A stretch of DNA of 24,000 nucleotides from Stella sp. ATCC 35155 (GTDB lineage: Bacteria > Pseudomonadota > Alphaproteobacteria > ATCC43930 > Allostellaceae). Below the pieces are notes generated by a model. That model was not told the origin of the DNA. It did no database searches and saw only the letters and a program-made list of their open reading frames with translations. This document shows, piece by piece, positions 9,586 through 18,110 of this stretch. The position numbers and the translations under genes were made by a program. Position 1 is the first letter of the stretch; the number at the start of each line of letters is the position of its first letter. The stretch is taken from NCBI GenBank assembly GCA_006738865.1, contig AP019701.1, forward strand, positions 4,761,974-4,785,973. Direction: 5' to 3'.

Positions 9586-9722
9586 GCTGAACCCTCCGTG
9601 GCCTGCTAACGCAGGTGGGCGCCATGTATCGCGACCACGGTCGCGACAGGGACAGCTCCCGAGAGGTTGTGAAAGGCCCCGGGGTAAATGCTTCCTGACG
9701 CACCAGGCAGCACCGTCCACCC
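9555..9722 (-). ncRNA. ssrS: Candidate 6S RNA (ends approximate, +/-10 nt)
   Basis: A 15-bp long-range inverted repeat has arms at 9706-9720 and 9557-9571. On the minus-strand transcript, 5' GUGGACGGUGCUGCC pairs with GGCGGCACCGUCCAC 3' with one G.U wobble. The same position would be a C/A mismatch on the plus strand, which favours the minus strand. The repeat encloses about 135 nt with further hairpins, including CGCGACcgugGUCGCG and the CCCCGGGG region. The location between zapA and the 5-FCL gene matches the zapA-ssrS-ygfA synteny known from E. coli and many proteobacteria. Not verified with a covariance model. Confidence 0.55.
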
Positions 9723-9727
9723 GAAAG

Positions 9728-10054
9728 CTAGGACTGCTCGAGCCTCGCCGCAATGGTCTCGACGCGCTGGGCGACGAGATCGAGTTCCCGGCCGAGCGAA
9801 TCCTGGACGGAATTCTGGCCCTCGGCCGATCGTTTCAGCCGGGCGATCTCCTCGAACGCGGAGGCGAGTTCGTCGGCGATCAGGAGGCCGGCCATCAGGA
9901 TGATCCGCGCCTCGCCGATCTGGCCGAGTTCGCCCGAAATCTGGGTCGCCTTCTGATCGATGTAGCTCGCCAGGCGGCGCAGCCGCTCCTCTTCGCCGGC
10001 CCCGCAGGAGACGCTGTAGGAACGGCCGTTGATCGTCAGCGCCACGGACGGCAT
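9728..10054 (-). CDS. zapA: Cell division protein ZapA
   Basis: From ATG 10054: MPSVALTINGRSYSVSCGAGEEERLRRLASYIDQKA........G......ILMAGLLIADEL, the ZapA signature (I.G+.Y...C...EE..L..LA..++). 108 aa. Confidence 0.85.
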   Translation of the reverse strand: MPSVALTINGRSYSVSCGAGEEERLRRLASYIDQKATQISGELGQIGEARIILMAGLLIADELASAFEEIARLKRSAEGQNSVQDSLGRELDLVAQRVETIAARLEQS

Positions 10055-10058
10055 CGGC

Positions 10059-10334
10059 TCAATGCGTCCGGTCGAGCGCGCCGCGGGTGCGCGCGATGAC
10101 GCCGTCGAGGCGATGGGCGGCCGCATCCGTCGCCTGTCGCAGCGCCGCCTTCTCGGCTTCCATCTGGGCCAGGGCGCGCGCCAGCCGGTCGCGCTCCTCG
10201 GTCAGGGCGCGGCGCTCGGCCGTCAGCACCGGAATGCGGGCCGCGGCAGCCTCCAGCCGGTCGAGCGCTCGCTCCAGCCGGTCATGGGCGCGCTGCATCG
10301 TCGAGGGGGGAATCGGAATCGTCGGAGCCGCCAT
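10059..10334 (-). CDS. Coiled-coil protein, DUF4164-like (ZapB-like partner encoded upstream of zapA in alphaproteobacteria)
   Basis: 91-aa Ala/Arg/Leu/Glu-rich heptad-like sequence (LERALDRLEAAAA...ERRALTEERDRLARALAQMEAEKAALRQ). It lies 4 nt upstream of zapA on the same strand. The family assignment comes from remembered synteny. Confidence 0.65.
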   Translation of the reverse strand: MAAPTIPIPPSTMQRAHDRLERALDRLEAAAARIPVLTAERRALTEERDRLARALAQMEAEKAALRQATDAAAHRLDGVIARTRGALDRTH

Positions 10335-10459
10335 GGATATAGTTGTAGCGACCGCCGCGGCAGGGCGTCAACGAACCCGGACCGGCACCGATTCGCGCTG
10401 CCGGTTGACTGCGGGGGTCGCGAACGGCAAGTTGCCTGCCCTTTTGCCCCGGATTACCG
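10335..10459. promoter_or_regulatory. Divergent intergenic control region (DUF4164-zapA leftward, tkt rightward)
   Basis: Both flanking genes start here. It contains a TTGACT hexamer (10407-10412) followed 17 nt later by CAAGTT, and a GGCAAgTTGCC palindrome (10425-10435). The promoter assignment is tentative. Confidence 0.35.
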
Positions 10460-12439
10460 ATGCCGAACGCTGCGCCCGCCCCCGATCTCCGCGCCATGGC
10501 GAACGCCATCCGTGCCCTTTCCATGGACGCCGTCGAGGCGGCCAAGTCGGGTCACCCCGGGATGCCCATGGGCATGGCGGACGTGGCGACGGTCCTTTTC
10601 ACCCGGTTCCTCGCCTACGACCCGGCCGATCCCGCCTGGCCCGACCGCGACCGCTTCGTGCTGTCGGCCGGCCACGGCTCGATGCTGCTCTATTCCCTGC
10701 TCCATCTGACCGGCTACGCCGACATGACGATGGACGAGCTGCGCCGCTTCCGCCAGCTCGGCAGCCGCACCGCCGGGCACCCGGAATTCGGCCATGCCGG
10801 CGGCATCGAGACCACGACCGGCCCGCTCGGCCAGGGGCTGGCGACCGCGGTCGGCATGGCGATCGCCGAGCGGCACCTCAACGCCGCGTTCGGGGACGAA
10901 CTCGTCGACCACCGGACCTATGTCGTCGCCGGCGACGGCTGCCTGATGGAGGGCATCAGCCACGAGGCGATCTCGCTCGCCGGCCATCTCAAGCTCGGCC
11001 GGCTGATCGTGCTCTTCGACGACAACGAGATCTCGATCGACGGCCGCACCGGCCTGTCGGTCTCGGACGACCAGCAGGCGCGCTTTCGCGCCAGCGGCTG
11101 GGACGTGCAGGCGGTCGACGGCCATGATCCGGACGCCGTCGCGGCCGCCATCGAGCGCGCCCAGGCGACCGACACGCCCTCGCTCATCGCCTGCCGGACC
11201 CAGATCGCCTATGGCGCGCCGACCAAGGCCGGCACCGCGGCCGCCCATGGCAGCCCGCTCGGCGCCGGCGAGATCGCCGGCGCGCGGGAGAGGCTCGGCT
11301 GGACGGCCGCCCCCTTCGAGGTCCCGGCGGACATCCTGGCTGCATGGCGCGACGCCGGCCGCCGCGCGGCCGGCCGCGCCGAGGCCTGGCGGAAGCGGCA
11401 CGCGGCCGCTGCCGGGCGCGCCGAGTTCGACCGGCGGATCGCGGGCGAAGCGCCGGCGGCCCTCGCGCCGGCATTTGCGGAATACAAGGCGGCCCTCATC
11501 GCCACCCCGCCCAAGGTCGCGACCCGCCAGGCCTCCGGCAGCACGCTCGACATGCTCGCCGGCGTCATGCCCGAACTCGTCGGTGGGTCGGCCGACCTGA
11601 CGCCCTCGAACAACACCAAGGCGAAGGGACAGACGCCACTGGCGCCCGGCAGCTACGGCGGCACCTACATCCACTACGGCGTGCGCGAGTTCGGCATGGC
11701 GGCGGCCATGAACGGGCTGGCCCTCCATGGCGGCATCGTGCCCTATGGCGGCACCTTCCTCGTGTTCACCGACTATGCCCGGCCGGCAATCCGCCTGTCG
11801 GCGCTGATGGGCGCGCGCGTCATCTACGTCATGACGCATGATTCGATCGGCCTCGGCGAGGATGGTCCGACGCATCAGCCGGTCGAGCATCTGGCGGCCC
11901 TGCGCAGCATCCCGAACCTGCATGTCTTCCGCCCGGCCGATGCGGTCGAGACGGCGGAATGCTGGGAACTGGCACTGGCCGCGCGCTCCACGCCGTCCGT
12001 CATCGCGCTGACCCGCCAGGGCGTGCCGGCGCTGCGGCAGGAGGCGACCACCAACCGGTCCGCCCGCGGCGCCTATGTGCTGGCCGAAGCCGACGGCGCG
12101 CGGGCGGTGACGCTGCTCGCCACCGGCTCGGAGGTCGGCCTCGCCATGGAGGCGCGCAAGCTGCTCGCCGCCGACGGCATCGCCGCCGCGGTCGTGTCGA
12201 TGCCCGCGTTCGATCTCTTCGAGGCACAGGATGCCGCCTACCGCGCCGAAGTGCTGGGCAGCGCTCCCAGGATTGCGGTCGAGGCGGCCGTGCGCTTCGG
12301 CTGGGACCGCTGGCTCGGCGAGCGCGGCGCCTTCGTCGGCATGCCGGGATTCGGGGCATCGGCGCCGGCCGGCGACCTCTTCCGCCACTTCGGGATCACC
12401 GCCGAGGCGGTTGCCGCCGCGGCGCGCGACCTCATCTAG
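10460..12439 (+). CDS. tkt: Transketolase
   Basis: [18 protein letters not shown]...[25 protein letters not shown], the ThDP motif [34 protein letters not shown], and later [26 protein letters not shown]. 659 aa. Confidence 0.97.
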   Translation: MPNAAPAPDLRAMANAIRALSMDAVEAAKSGHPGMPMGMADVATVLFTRFLAYDPADPAWPDRDRFVLSAGHGSMLLYSLLHLTGYADMTMDELRRFRQLGSRTAGHPEFGHAGGIETTTGPLGQGLATAVGMAIAERHLNAAFGDELVDHRTYVVAGDGCLMEGISHEAISLAGHLKLGRLIVLFDDNEISIDGRTGLSVSDDQQARFRASGWDVQAVDGHDPDAVAAAIERAQATDTPSLIACRTQIAYGAPTKAGTAAAHGSPLGAGEIAGARERLGWTAAPFEVPADILAAWRDAGRRAAGRAEAWRKRHAAAAGRAEFDRRIAGEAPAALAPAFAEYKAALIATPPKVATRQASGSTLDMLAGVMPELVGGSADLTPSNNTKAKGQTPLAPGSYGGTYIHYGVREFGMAAAMNGLALHGGIVPYGGTFLVFTDYARPAIRLSALMGARVIYVMTHDSIGLGEDGPTHQPVEHLAALRSIPNLHVFRPADAVETAECWELALAARSTPSVIALTRQGVPALRQEATTNRSARGAYVLAEADGARAVTLLATGSEVGLAMEARKLLAADGIAAAVVSMPAFDLFEAQDAAYRAEVLGSAPRIAVEAAVRFGWDRWLGERGAFVGMPGFGASAPAGDLFRHFGITAEAVAAAARDLI

Positions 12440-12445
12440 TAGTAT

Positions 12446-12477
12446 CTGCGGGAATGAAATCGCCCGCGGAACGTTTG
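12446..12477 (+). terminator. Possible weak intrinsic terminator or attenuating hairpin after tkt
   Basis: CTGCGGG(12446-12452)-10 nt loop-CCCGCGG(12463-12469) forms a 7-bp stem including one G.U pair. It is followed by AACGTTTGC, which has only a short T run. Confidence 0.25.
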
Positions 12478-12589
12478 CAGGGCGTCCCGCGTCCTTCTAC
12501 GTCCGGCCGGCATTCCTGAACGCCGGGCCGCGGCGCTCGACCGCCCGGTTGCGCCCACCCCATCCGAAGCCAGGAGGAACCCCCCCATC

Positions 12590-13600
12590 ATGGCCACCCG
12601 CCTCGCGATCAACGGTTTCGGCCGCATCGGCCGTCTCGTCTTCCGCGCCCTCGCCGAGAGCGGCCGCACCGACCTCCAAGTCGTCGGCATCAACGACCTG
12701 GGCCCGGTCGAGACGAATGCGCATCTGCTGCGCTACGACAGCGTCCATGGCCGCTTCCCCAAGGAGGTGAAGACGGGCGAGGGCATGATGGATGTCGGCT
12801 ACGGACCGATCCGGGTGAGCGCCGAGCGCGACCCGGCAAAGCTGCCGTGGAAGGACCTCGGCGTCGACATCACGCTGGAATGCACCGGCATCTTCACCAA
12901 GCGCGACGCGGCCGCCAAGCACCTGGAGGCGGGCGCCAAGCGGGTGCTCGTATCGGCCCCGGCCGACGGCGTCGACCTCACCGTCGTCTATGGCGTCAAC
13001 CACGACCAGTTGAAGCCCGAGCACACGATCGTCTCGAACGCTTCGTGCACGACCAACTGCCTGGCGCCGATGGCCTATGTGCTGCACCAGGCGATCGGCA
13101 TCACCAACGGCTTCATGACGACGATCCACGCCTATACGGGCGACCAGCCGACCGTGGACACGATGCACAAGGATCTGCACCGGGCGCGCGCCGCCGCGCT
13201 CTCGATGATCCCGACCTCGACCGGTGCCGCCCGTGCCGTCGGCCTCGTGCTGCCGGAACTCAAGGGCAAGCTCGACGGCACCTCCATCCGGGTGCCGACC
13301 CCGAACGTCTCCGTCGTCGACCTGACCTTCAACGCCGCCCGCGACACGACGGTCGAGGAGATCAACCAGGTCATGACCGACGCCGCCGCCAGCAGCCGCT
13401 TCAAGGGCATCATCGAGATCAATAGCGCGCCGCTGGTGTCGAGCGACTTCAACCATGTCCCGGCCAGCTCGACCTTCGACGTCGGGCAGACGGCGGTCAT
13501 CGACAAGCGCCTGTGCCGCGTCCTTTCCTGGTACGACAACGAATGGGGCTTCTCGAACCGGATGCTGGACACGGCCGCGGCGATGGCGAAGCTGGGCTGA
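12590..13600 (+). CDS. gap: Type I glyceraldehyde-3-phosphate dehydrogenase
   Basis: INGFGRIGRLVFRA, the active site SNASCTTNCLAP, WYDNEWGFSNRMLD. A strong SD AGGAGGA lies upstream of ATG 12590. Confidence 0.97.
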   Translation: MATRLAINGFGRIGRLVFRALAESGRTDLQVVGINDLGPVETNAHLLRYDSVHGRFPKEVKTGEGMMDVGYGPIRVSAERDPAKLPWKDLGVDITLECTGIFTKRDAAAKHLEAGAKRVLVSAPADGVDLTVVYGVNHDQLKPEHTIVSNASCTTNCLAPMAYVLHQAIGITNGFMTTIHAYTGDQPTVDTMHKDLHRARAAALSMIPTSTGAARAVGLVLPELKGKLDGTSIRVPTPNVSVVDLTFNAARDTTVEEINQVMTDAAASSRFKGIIEINSAPLVSSDFNHVPASSTFDVGQTAVIDKRLCRVLSWYDNEWGFSNRMLDTAAAMAKLG

Positions 13601-13623
13601 CCGCCGCGGGCGGGGAGCGGGCC

Positions 13624-14022
13624 GTGGAGGTGCGGTCGTCCGCCGAAGCGCTGACGGCGGCCGATGCCGCCGCCGCGCTCGGTCGGCCGCTGCTGCTGGT
13701 CAGCCCCCGCGGGGGCGCGGCGTCGTTCGGTCCGGCCATGTTCGCCGCCATCGTCGAACGCGCCCGGGCCCGCCACGACGCGACGCGCGGCCTGCTCGAC
13801 TGCGAGGAGGCCGAGGGGCATGTGCTGCTGGCACTGCGCGTCGGCATCGATGCTGTGATCTACAAGGGCCCGGATTTCGTCCGCGAGAAGCTGGCGGCGA
13901 TCGCCGCCTGCGAAGGGCGCCGGGTGCTGGCGGAGCGGCCGCCGGCACTCGTCCTCCATCGCGAGCGTGACCCTATCGCAGCCTGCCGCCGCTGGCTTGC
14001 GCAGCCCGAGATATCCCACTGA
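13624..14022 (+). CDS. Hypothetical protein (about 132 aa) occupying the gap-fba spacer
   Basis: The frame of track ORF 13513..14022 shows strong G/C preference at third codon positions throughout, read by eye. It has no ATG after the gap stop. GTG 13624 is preceded by GGGGAG 8 nt upstream. No family recognised (..LLLVSPRGGAASFGPAMFAAIVERARA...GHVLLALRVGIDAVIYKG..). Confidence 0.5.
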   Translation: MEVRSSAEALTAADAAAALGRPLLLVSPRGGAASFGPAMFAAIVERARARHDATRGLLDCEEAEGHVLLALRVGIDAVIYKGPDFVREKLAAIAACEGRRVLAERPPALVLHRERDPIAACRRWLAQPEISH

Positions 14023-14079
14023 CTTGACATTTCGGGCCGCTCCCGACGGGCGGCCCCCGAATAGGGAAGGAGAAGTCCG

Positions 14080-15009
14080 ATGAAGGTGACGCAGAAGGTC
14101 AAGCGCATCCTCGACGGGTACGAGAGCGACAATCCCGGCACCAAGGCCAACCTCGCCCGCATCCTGATGCAGGGCCGGCTGGGCGGCACCGGCAAGCTGG
14201 TGATCCTGCCGGTCGACCAGGGCTTCGAGCACGGGCCCGCGCGCAGCTTCGCGCCGAACCCCGAGGGCTACGACCCGCACTATCATTTCCAGCTCGCGAT
14301 CGATGCCGGCCTTTCGGCCTATGCCGCGCCGCTCGGCATGATCGAGGCGGGCGCCGACAGCTATGCCGGCGCCATCCCGACGATCCTCAAGGTCAACAGC
14401 GCCAACAGCCTCGCCCGCGACAAGGCCGGACCGTCGCAGGCCGTGACGGGTTCCGTCCGGGACGCCCTGCGGCTCGGCTGCTCGGCCATCGGCTTCACGA
14501 TCTATCCCGGCTCGGACAACGCCTTCGGCATGTTCGAGGAACTGACGGTGCTGGCCGAGGAGGCGAAGGCGCACGGGCTGGCTGTCGTCGTCTGGTCCTA
14601 TCCGCGCGGCGGCGACCTCTCCAAGGCCGGCGAGACGGCGATCGACATCTGCGCCTATGCCGCGCACATGGCGGCCCTGCTCGGCGCCCACATCATCAAG
14701 GTGAAGCCGCCGACGGCGCATCTCGAACTCGACGCCGCCAAGAAGGTCTACGAGTCGAAGAAGATCGACGTCTCGACGCCGGCCGCGCGCTTCGCCCACG
14801 TCGTCCAGTCCTGCTTCGCCGGCAAGCGCATCGTCGTCTTTTCGGGCGGCGAGGCGAAGGATCTGGAGGGCATCTACAACGAGGCCCGCGCCATCCGCGA
14901 CGGCGGCGGCAACGGCTCGATCATCGGCCGCAACACCTTCCAGCGCCCCAAGGCCGAGGCGCTGGCGATGCTCGACCAGATCGTCAAGATCTACCAGGGC
15001 AAGGCCTGA
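14080..15009 (+). CDS. fbaB: Class I fructose-bisphosphate aldolase (DhnA/FbaB-type)
   Basis: [29 protein letters not shown]....NP.GYDP.Y.F.LAI.AG..A.A...G ... AHIIKVK (Schiff-base Lys context) ... SGG......IGRN.FQR. SD GGAAGGAGAA lies before ATG 14080. Confidence 0.9.
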   Translation: MKVTQKVKRILDGYESDNPGTKANLARILMQGRLGGTGKLVILPVDQGFEHGPARSFAPNPEGYDPHYHFQLAIDAGLSAYAAPLGMIEAGADSYAGAIPTILKVNSANSLARDKAGPSQAVTGSVRDALRLGCSAIGFTIYPGSDNAFGMFEELTVLAEEAKAHGLAVVVWSYPRGGDLSKAGETAIDICAYAAHMAALLGAHIIKVKPPTAHLELDAAKKVYESKKIDVSTPAARFAHVVQSCFAGKRIVVFSGGEAKDLEGIYNEARAIRDGGGNGSIIGRNTFQRPKAEALAMLDQIVKIYQGKA

Positions 15010-15038
15010 GCCCGGTGGCAGCGCAAGGAACCCGCACC

Positions 15039-15680
15039 ATGGACGGCGACGACCGCTGCCGCCTCTACCTGATCACGCCCGCGACCCTGGAGCCGGCGGC
15101 CTTCGCCGACCGGCTCCAGGCCGCGCTCGACGGCGGCGACGTCGCCTGCCTGCAGCTTCGGCTGAAGGACGTGGATGACGACGCCTTCCGGCACGCGATC
15201 GAGCGGCTGATGCCGATCGCGCATGCCCGGGACGTGCCGTTCCTGGTCAACGACCGGCCCGACCTCGCGGCCGAGTTCGGCTGCGACGGCGCGCATGTCG
15301 GACAGCAGGATACCCCGTATGCGGAGGCACGCCGCCTCCTCGGGCCCGAGGCGATCGTCGGCGTCACCTGCCACGACAGCCGCCACCTCGCCATGGAGGC
15401 GGCCGAGGCCGGCGCCGACTACGTCGCGTTCGGCGCCTTCTTCCATACCGAGACGAAGCCGCCGCGCTTCTGGGCGACGCCCGAGCTGATCGAGGCCTGG
15501 ACCCAGTCGACCACGGTGCCCTGCGTCGCGATCGGCGGCATCAAGCCGGACAATCTGGGCCCGATCGTGCGGGCAGGCGCGGACTTCATCTGTGTCGTCA
15601 CGGGGGTCTGGGACCATCCGGAGGGCCCGGCTGCCGGCGTTGCCGACTACAACCGGGCGATCCGGGAGGCGCTCGGCTGA
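15039..15680 (+). CDS. thiE: Thiamine-phosphate synthase
   Basis: RLYLITP.......F...L..AL.GG.VA.LQLR.K........A..L..IA....[11 protein letters not shown]....CDGAHVGQ.D ... [13 protein letters not shown] ... VAIGGI are ThiE motifs. ATG 15039 has AGGA about 10 nt upstream. The track ORF begins at GTG 15015, an alternative start. Confidence 0.9.
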   Translation: MDGDDRCRLYLITPATLEPAAFADRLQAALDGGDVACLQLRLKDVDDDAFRHAIERLMPIAHARDVPFLVNDRPDLAAEFGCDGAHVGQQDTPYAEARRLLGPEAIVGVTCHDSRHLAMEAAEAGADYVAFGAFFHTETKPPRFWATPELIEAWTQSTTVPCVAIGGIKPDNLGPIVRAGADFICVVTGVWDHPEGPAAGVADYNRAIREALG

Positions 15681-16851
15681 CGGCACCGGCGGACAAGCCG
15701 GCTGACGGCCCGGGCTCCGCCGCCACCGTGCGAATGGGCACAGCGAGCCCGAGTGCAGCCAGCCGGTCGCGGATCTCGCCCGCATAGATCGGATTCATCG
15801 CCACGACGAGGTCAGGCCGCAGGGCCGGCAACCGCTCCGGCAGGATCACCGGATGGGCGGTGCCGGCGAGAAAGGTTCCGTCCTTGCGCGGGTTGATGTC
15901 GACCACGGCCACGACGCCGGGCACCGGGGCGACCGCCGTCAGGAACGCGACGGCCTTCGAGCCGCCGCCCCAGAGCGCGACGCGACCGGCCCCCGCCAGC
16001 CGGCGGCGCCACGCGTCGATCGCCGCCGCCGCCCGTTCGGCGAACCCGTCGGCCGGCCGCGAGTGGCGAGGCGGCGCCGACCGGAGCGGGCGACCTTCGG
16101 CGACCGCTTCCAGGGTGAGATACTGGCCGCCATAAGCCTCCCGGACCGCCTCGACGCGAAAGCCGGCGGCGGCCGCGATGCCGGCCAGGGCGCCGGCGTC
16201 GAAGTAGTTGCAGTGCTCGTAGTAGACGTCCCAGAAGCCTGCCCGGTCGAGGATCGGCCGGGCGTCGGGCACCTGCAGGAAGAGCCGGGTGCCTGGCCCC
16301 TGTCGCGCGGCGACCAGCGCCAGCAGCGCCCCCGGCCGGGCCACATGCTCCAACGTCATCTTGCACACGACCAGGTCGGCCGGCGCCCGGGGCATGTCCT
16401 CGTAGAGCATCGGCACGATCCGCGTCGGCCCGGCAGCCGCACCCGTTGCCGCCCAGGCGGGGTCGCAACCGATGCCCTCGCATCCCGCCTCGCCGCACAG
16501 CAGGGACAGGAATTCGCCCTGACCACAGCCGATCTCCAGAACGCGCCGCCCGGCGAGCGGGATTCGGCCTGCCAGTTCCTTGGCCAGAGCACGATGAAAG
16601 GCGTCGAAGGTGGGCGAATGGCTCTGCGTGCTTTCGTAGCCGGGCGAGTAGTCGACGCGCGCCGGATCGAACGCCGCGTTGACGACGAGGCCGCACGCCG
16701 GACATTGCGCCAGCCGAATGTCGCCGCGGGGCACCGCCAGGGCCTGCGCCGGATCGGCGTGCAGACGGACGCTGTTCGTCGGCACCCGATCGACCGCGAA
16801 GAAGGGGGCGCCCATGCCGGGAGCGCCGCACCCGGGACAGGGGCCGGGCAT
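15598..16851 (-). CDS. Zn-ribbon / class I SAM methyltransferase / C-methyltransferase-C-terminal-domain protein (divergent paralogue, 'MT-B')
   Basis: This is the last 417 aa of the 1302-aa track ORF. The N-terminal CxxC...CxxC ribbon is CPGCG...[12 protein letters not shown] motif I is [21 protein letters not shown] motif is present. The C-terminal Rossmann-like part is [14 protein letters not shown]....VVDINP.K.G.FL.G...P. ATG 16851-16849 overlaps the upstream gene's TGA (ATGA). The stop at 15598 lies inside the 3' end of thiE on the opposite strand. Confidence 0.8.
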   Translation of the reverse strand: MPGPCPGCGAPGMGAPFFAVDRVPTNSVRLHADPAQALAVPRGDIRLAQCPACGLVVNAAFDPARVDYSPGYESTQSHSPTFDAFHRALAKELAGRIPLAGRRVLEIGCGQGEFLSLLCGEAGCEGIGCDPAWAATGAAAGPTRIVPMLYEDMPRAPADLVVCKMTLEHVARPGALLALVAARQGPGTRLFLQVPDARPILDRAGFWDVYYEHCNYFDAGALAGIAAAAGFRVEAVREAYGGQYLTLEAVAEGRPLRSAPPRHSRPADGFAERAAAAIDAWRRRLAGAGRVALWGGGSKAVAFLTAVAPVPGVVAVVDINPRKDGTFLAGTAHPVILPERLPALRPDLVVAMNPIYAGEIRDRLAALGLAVPIRTVAAEPGPSAGLSAGAVSRAPPGSPGCSRQRRQPGPPDGPRPP

Positions 16852-18098
16852 CAGGCGTCGAGCCCGATCACGCGCGGCACCGGCAGGGGCACGATGAACC
16901 GCCCGCCGCGTCGCCGGTACTCCGCCTGCTGCGCCAAGATCTCTTCGGCGAAGTTCCAGGCGAGCAGCAGGACGTGGCTCGGCATGGCCTCCACCAGCCG
17001 CGCGGGCGGCACGATCGGCAGGCGGGATCCGCCGAGCCGCCGGCCCCACTTGTGCGGATTGAGATCGGCCACGAAGGCGATCGTGCGGTCGTCGATGCCG
17101 CAATAGGCGAGCAGGGTCGTGGCCTTGGCGGCAGCGCCATAGGCCGCGATCGAGGCGCCGTCGGCGATCAGCTTCGCCAGCAGAGCGTTGAGCCGATCCC
17201 GCAGGGTGTGGACCGCGGCCGCGAAGCGCGCAAGGACGGGGCCGCCGACCAGCCCGCACCGCCGCTCCTCGATGCGCAGCGCCGCGACGGCCTCGGACGG
17301 GGCGCCGTCGGATCCGGCATGCACCCGCAACGAGCCGCCCTGGGTTGTGAGGCGTTCGACGTCGAGGATGCGAAGGCCGTAGCGGATCAGCAGCGCCTCC
17401 AGGCTCGTCAGCGAGAAGTAGCAGAGGTGCTGGTGATAGATCATGTCGAAGGCGAGGCCGCCCACGAGATCGCCGAGATAGCCGACCTCGAACACCGCGC
17501 GGCCGCCGGGTGCGAGCAGCTGGGCGACGCCGGTCACGAAGTCGCCGGGATCGGGGACATGCGCAAGGACGTTGGCGGCATAGATGAGATCGGCCGACCA
17601 CCCCTCCTCCACCAGCCGCCGCGCCAGCGCGGCATCGAAATAGGCGTCGAGCGTCGGCACCCCGACGTCGCGCGCGACCGATGCCGGACCGGGCGAAGGG
17701 TCGATGCCGAGGACCGCCAGCCCGCGCGCAGCGAGATGCCGCAGCATCGCGCCGTCGTTGCTGGCGATCTCCACCACCCGAGCATGGCGCTGCAGGCCGT
17801 AGCGCCCGGCCAGTGCCGTGGCGGTACTGGCGAAATGGGCGCGCAGCGCCGGTGAGACGGACGAGTAGTAGGGATAGCCCTGGCCGAAGAGATCGTCCGG
17901 CGGCACCGTGACGGTCAGCTGGACCAGCCCGCAGTCGCTGCAGATCACCACCGCCAGCGGCTCGGTCCGGTCCGCCTCCGGCGGATCCTCCGGCGCCGCC
18001 AGCCGGTCGGCCAGCGGCGTGCGCCCGAGGTCGAGCACCGGCACGAGGTTCGTGTGCCCACAACTGCGGCAACATCGAACCCGTACCGCCTTGCCCAT
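16851..18098 (-). CDS. NDP-hexose C-methyltransferase, TylCIII-like (Methyltransf_13 / SAM MT / Methyltransf_14 architecture, 'MT-A')
   Basis: CRSCGHTNLVPVLDLGRTPLADRL....PL.VVICSDCGLVQL....PPDDLF...YPYYSSVS is the Zn-ribbon domain. VVEIASNDGAMLRHL is the family-typical E-I-x-S/C-NDG SAM motif. Also present are FDMIYHQHLCYFS, GGSLRVHA, and the C-terminal IAAYGAAAKATTLL.YCGI....I.FV.D.NP.K.G....GS.+PI....L......VLLLAWNFAEEI. ATG 18098 has SD GAGGGGGG 5 nt upstream; the track ORF starts at GTG 18104. Confidence 0.85.
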   Translation of the reverse strand: MGKAVRVRCCRSCGHTNLVPVLDLGRTPLADRLAAPEDPPEADRTEPLAVVICSDCGLVQLTVTVPPDDLFGQGYPYYSSVSPALRAHFASTATALAGRYGLQRHARVVEIASNDGAMLRHLAARGLAVLGIDPSPGPASVARDVGVPTLDAYFDAALARRLVEEGWSADLIYAANVLAHVPDPGDFVTGVAQLLAPGGRAVFEVGYLGDLVGGLAFDMIYHQHLCYFSLTSLEALLIRYGLRILDVERLTTQGGSLRVHAGSDGAPSEAVAALRIEERRCGLVGGPVLARFAAAVHTLRDRLNALLAKLIADGASIAAYGAAAKATTLLAYCGIDDRTIAFVADLNPHKWGRRLGGSRLPIVPPARLVEAMPSHVLLLAWNFAEEILAQQAEYRRRGGRFIVPLPVPRVIGLDA

Positions 18099-18110
18099 CA
18101 CCACCCCCCC

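Noticed and set aside
10454-12388. Long antisense ORFs opposite real genes. These are 644 aa opposite tkt, 13132-14799 opposite gap/fba, 4469-5944 opposite the amidase, 19265-21187 opposite rfbF/GT2, 22488-23732 opposite the OmpA-like gene, and 12497-13456 opposite gap.
   Set aside because: Their translations are low-complexity R/G/A/P/D-rich with no recognisable motifs. The opposite strand in each case encodes a protein with unmistakable family signatures. These are classic shadow ORFs of high-GC genomes.
13601-14079. Remnant or pseudogene of pgk between gap and fba
   Set aside because: None of the three forward frames shows PGK motifs, such as the N-terminal basic-patch region or the C-terminal nucleotide-binding motifs. 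The spacer is also far too short. It is treated instead as a hypothetical small ORF.
15010-15038. TPP riboswitch upstream of thiE
   Set aside because: Only about 30 nt separate fba from the thiE start, far too short for a THI element. thiE appears co-transcribed with fba.
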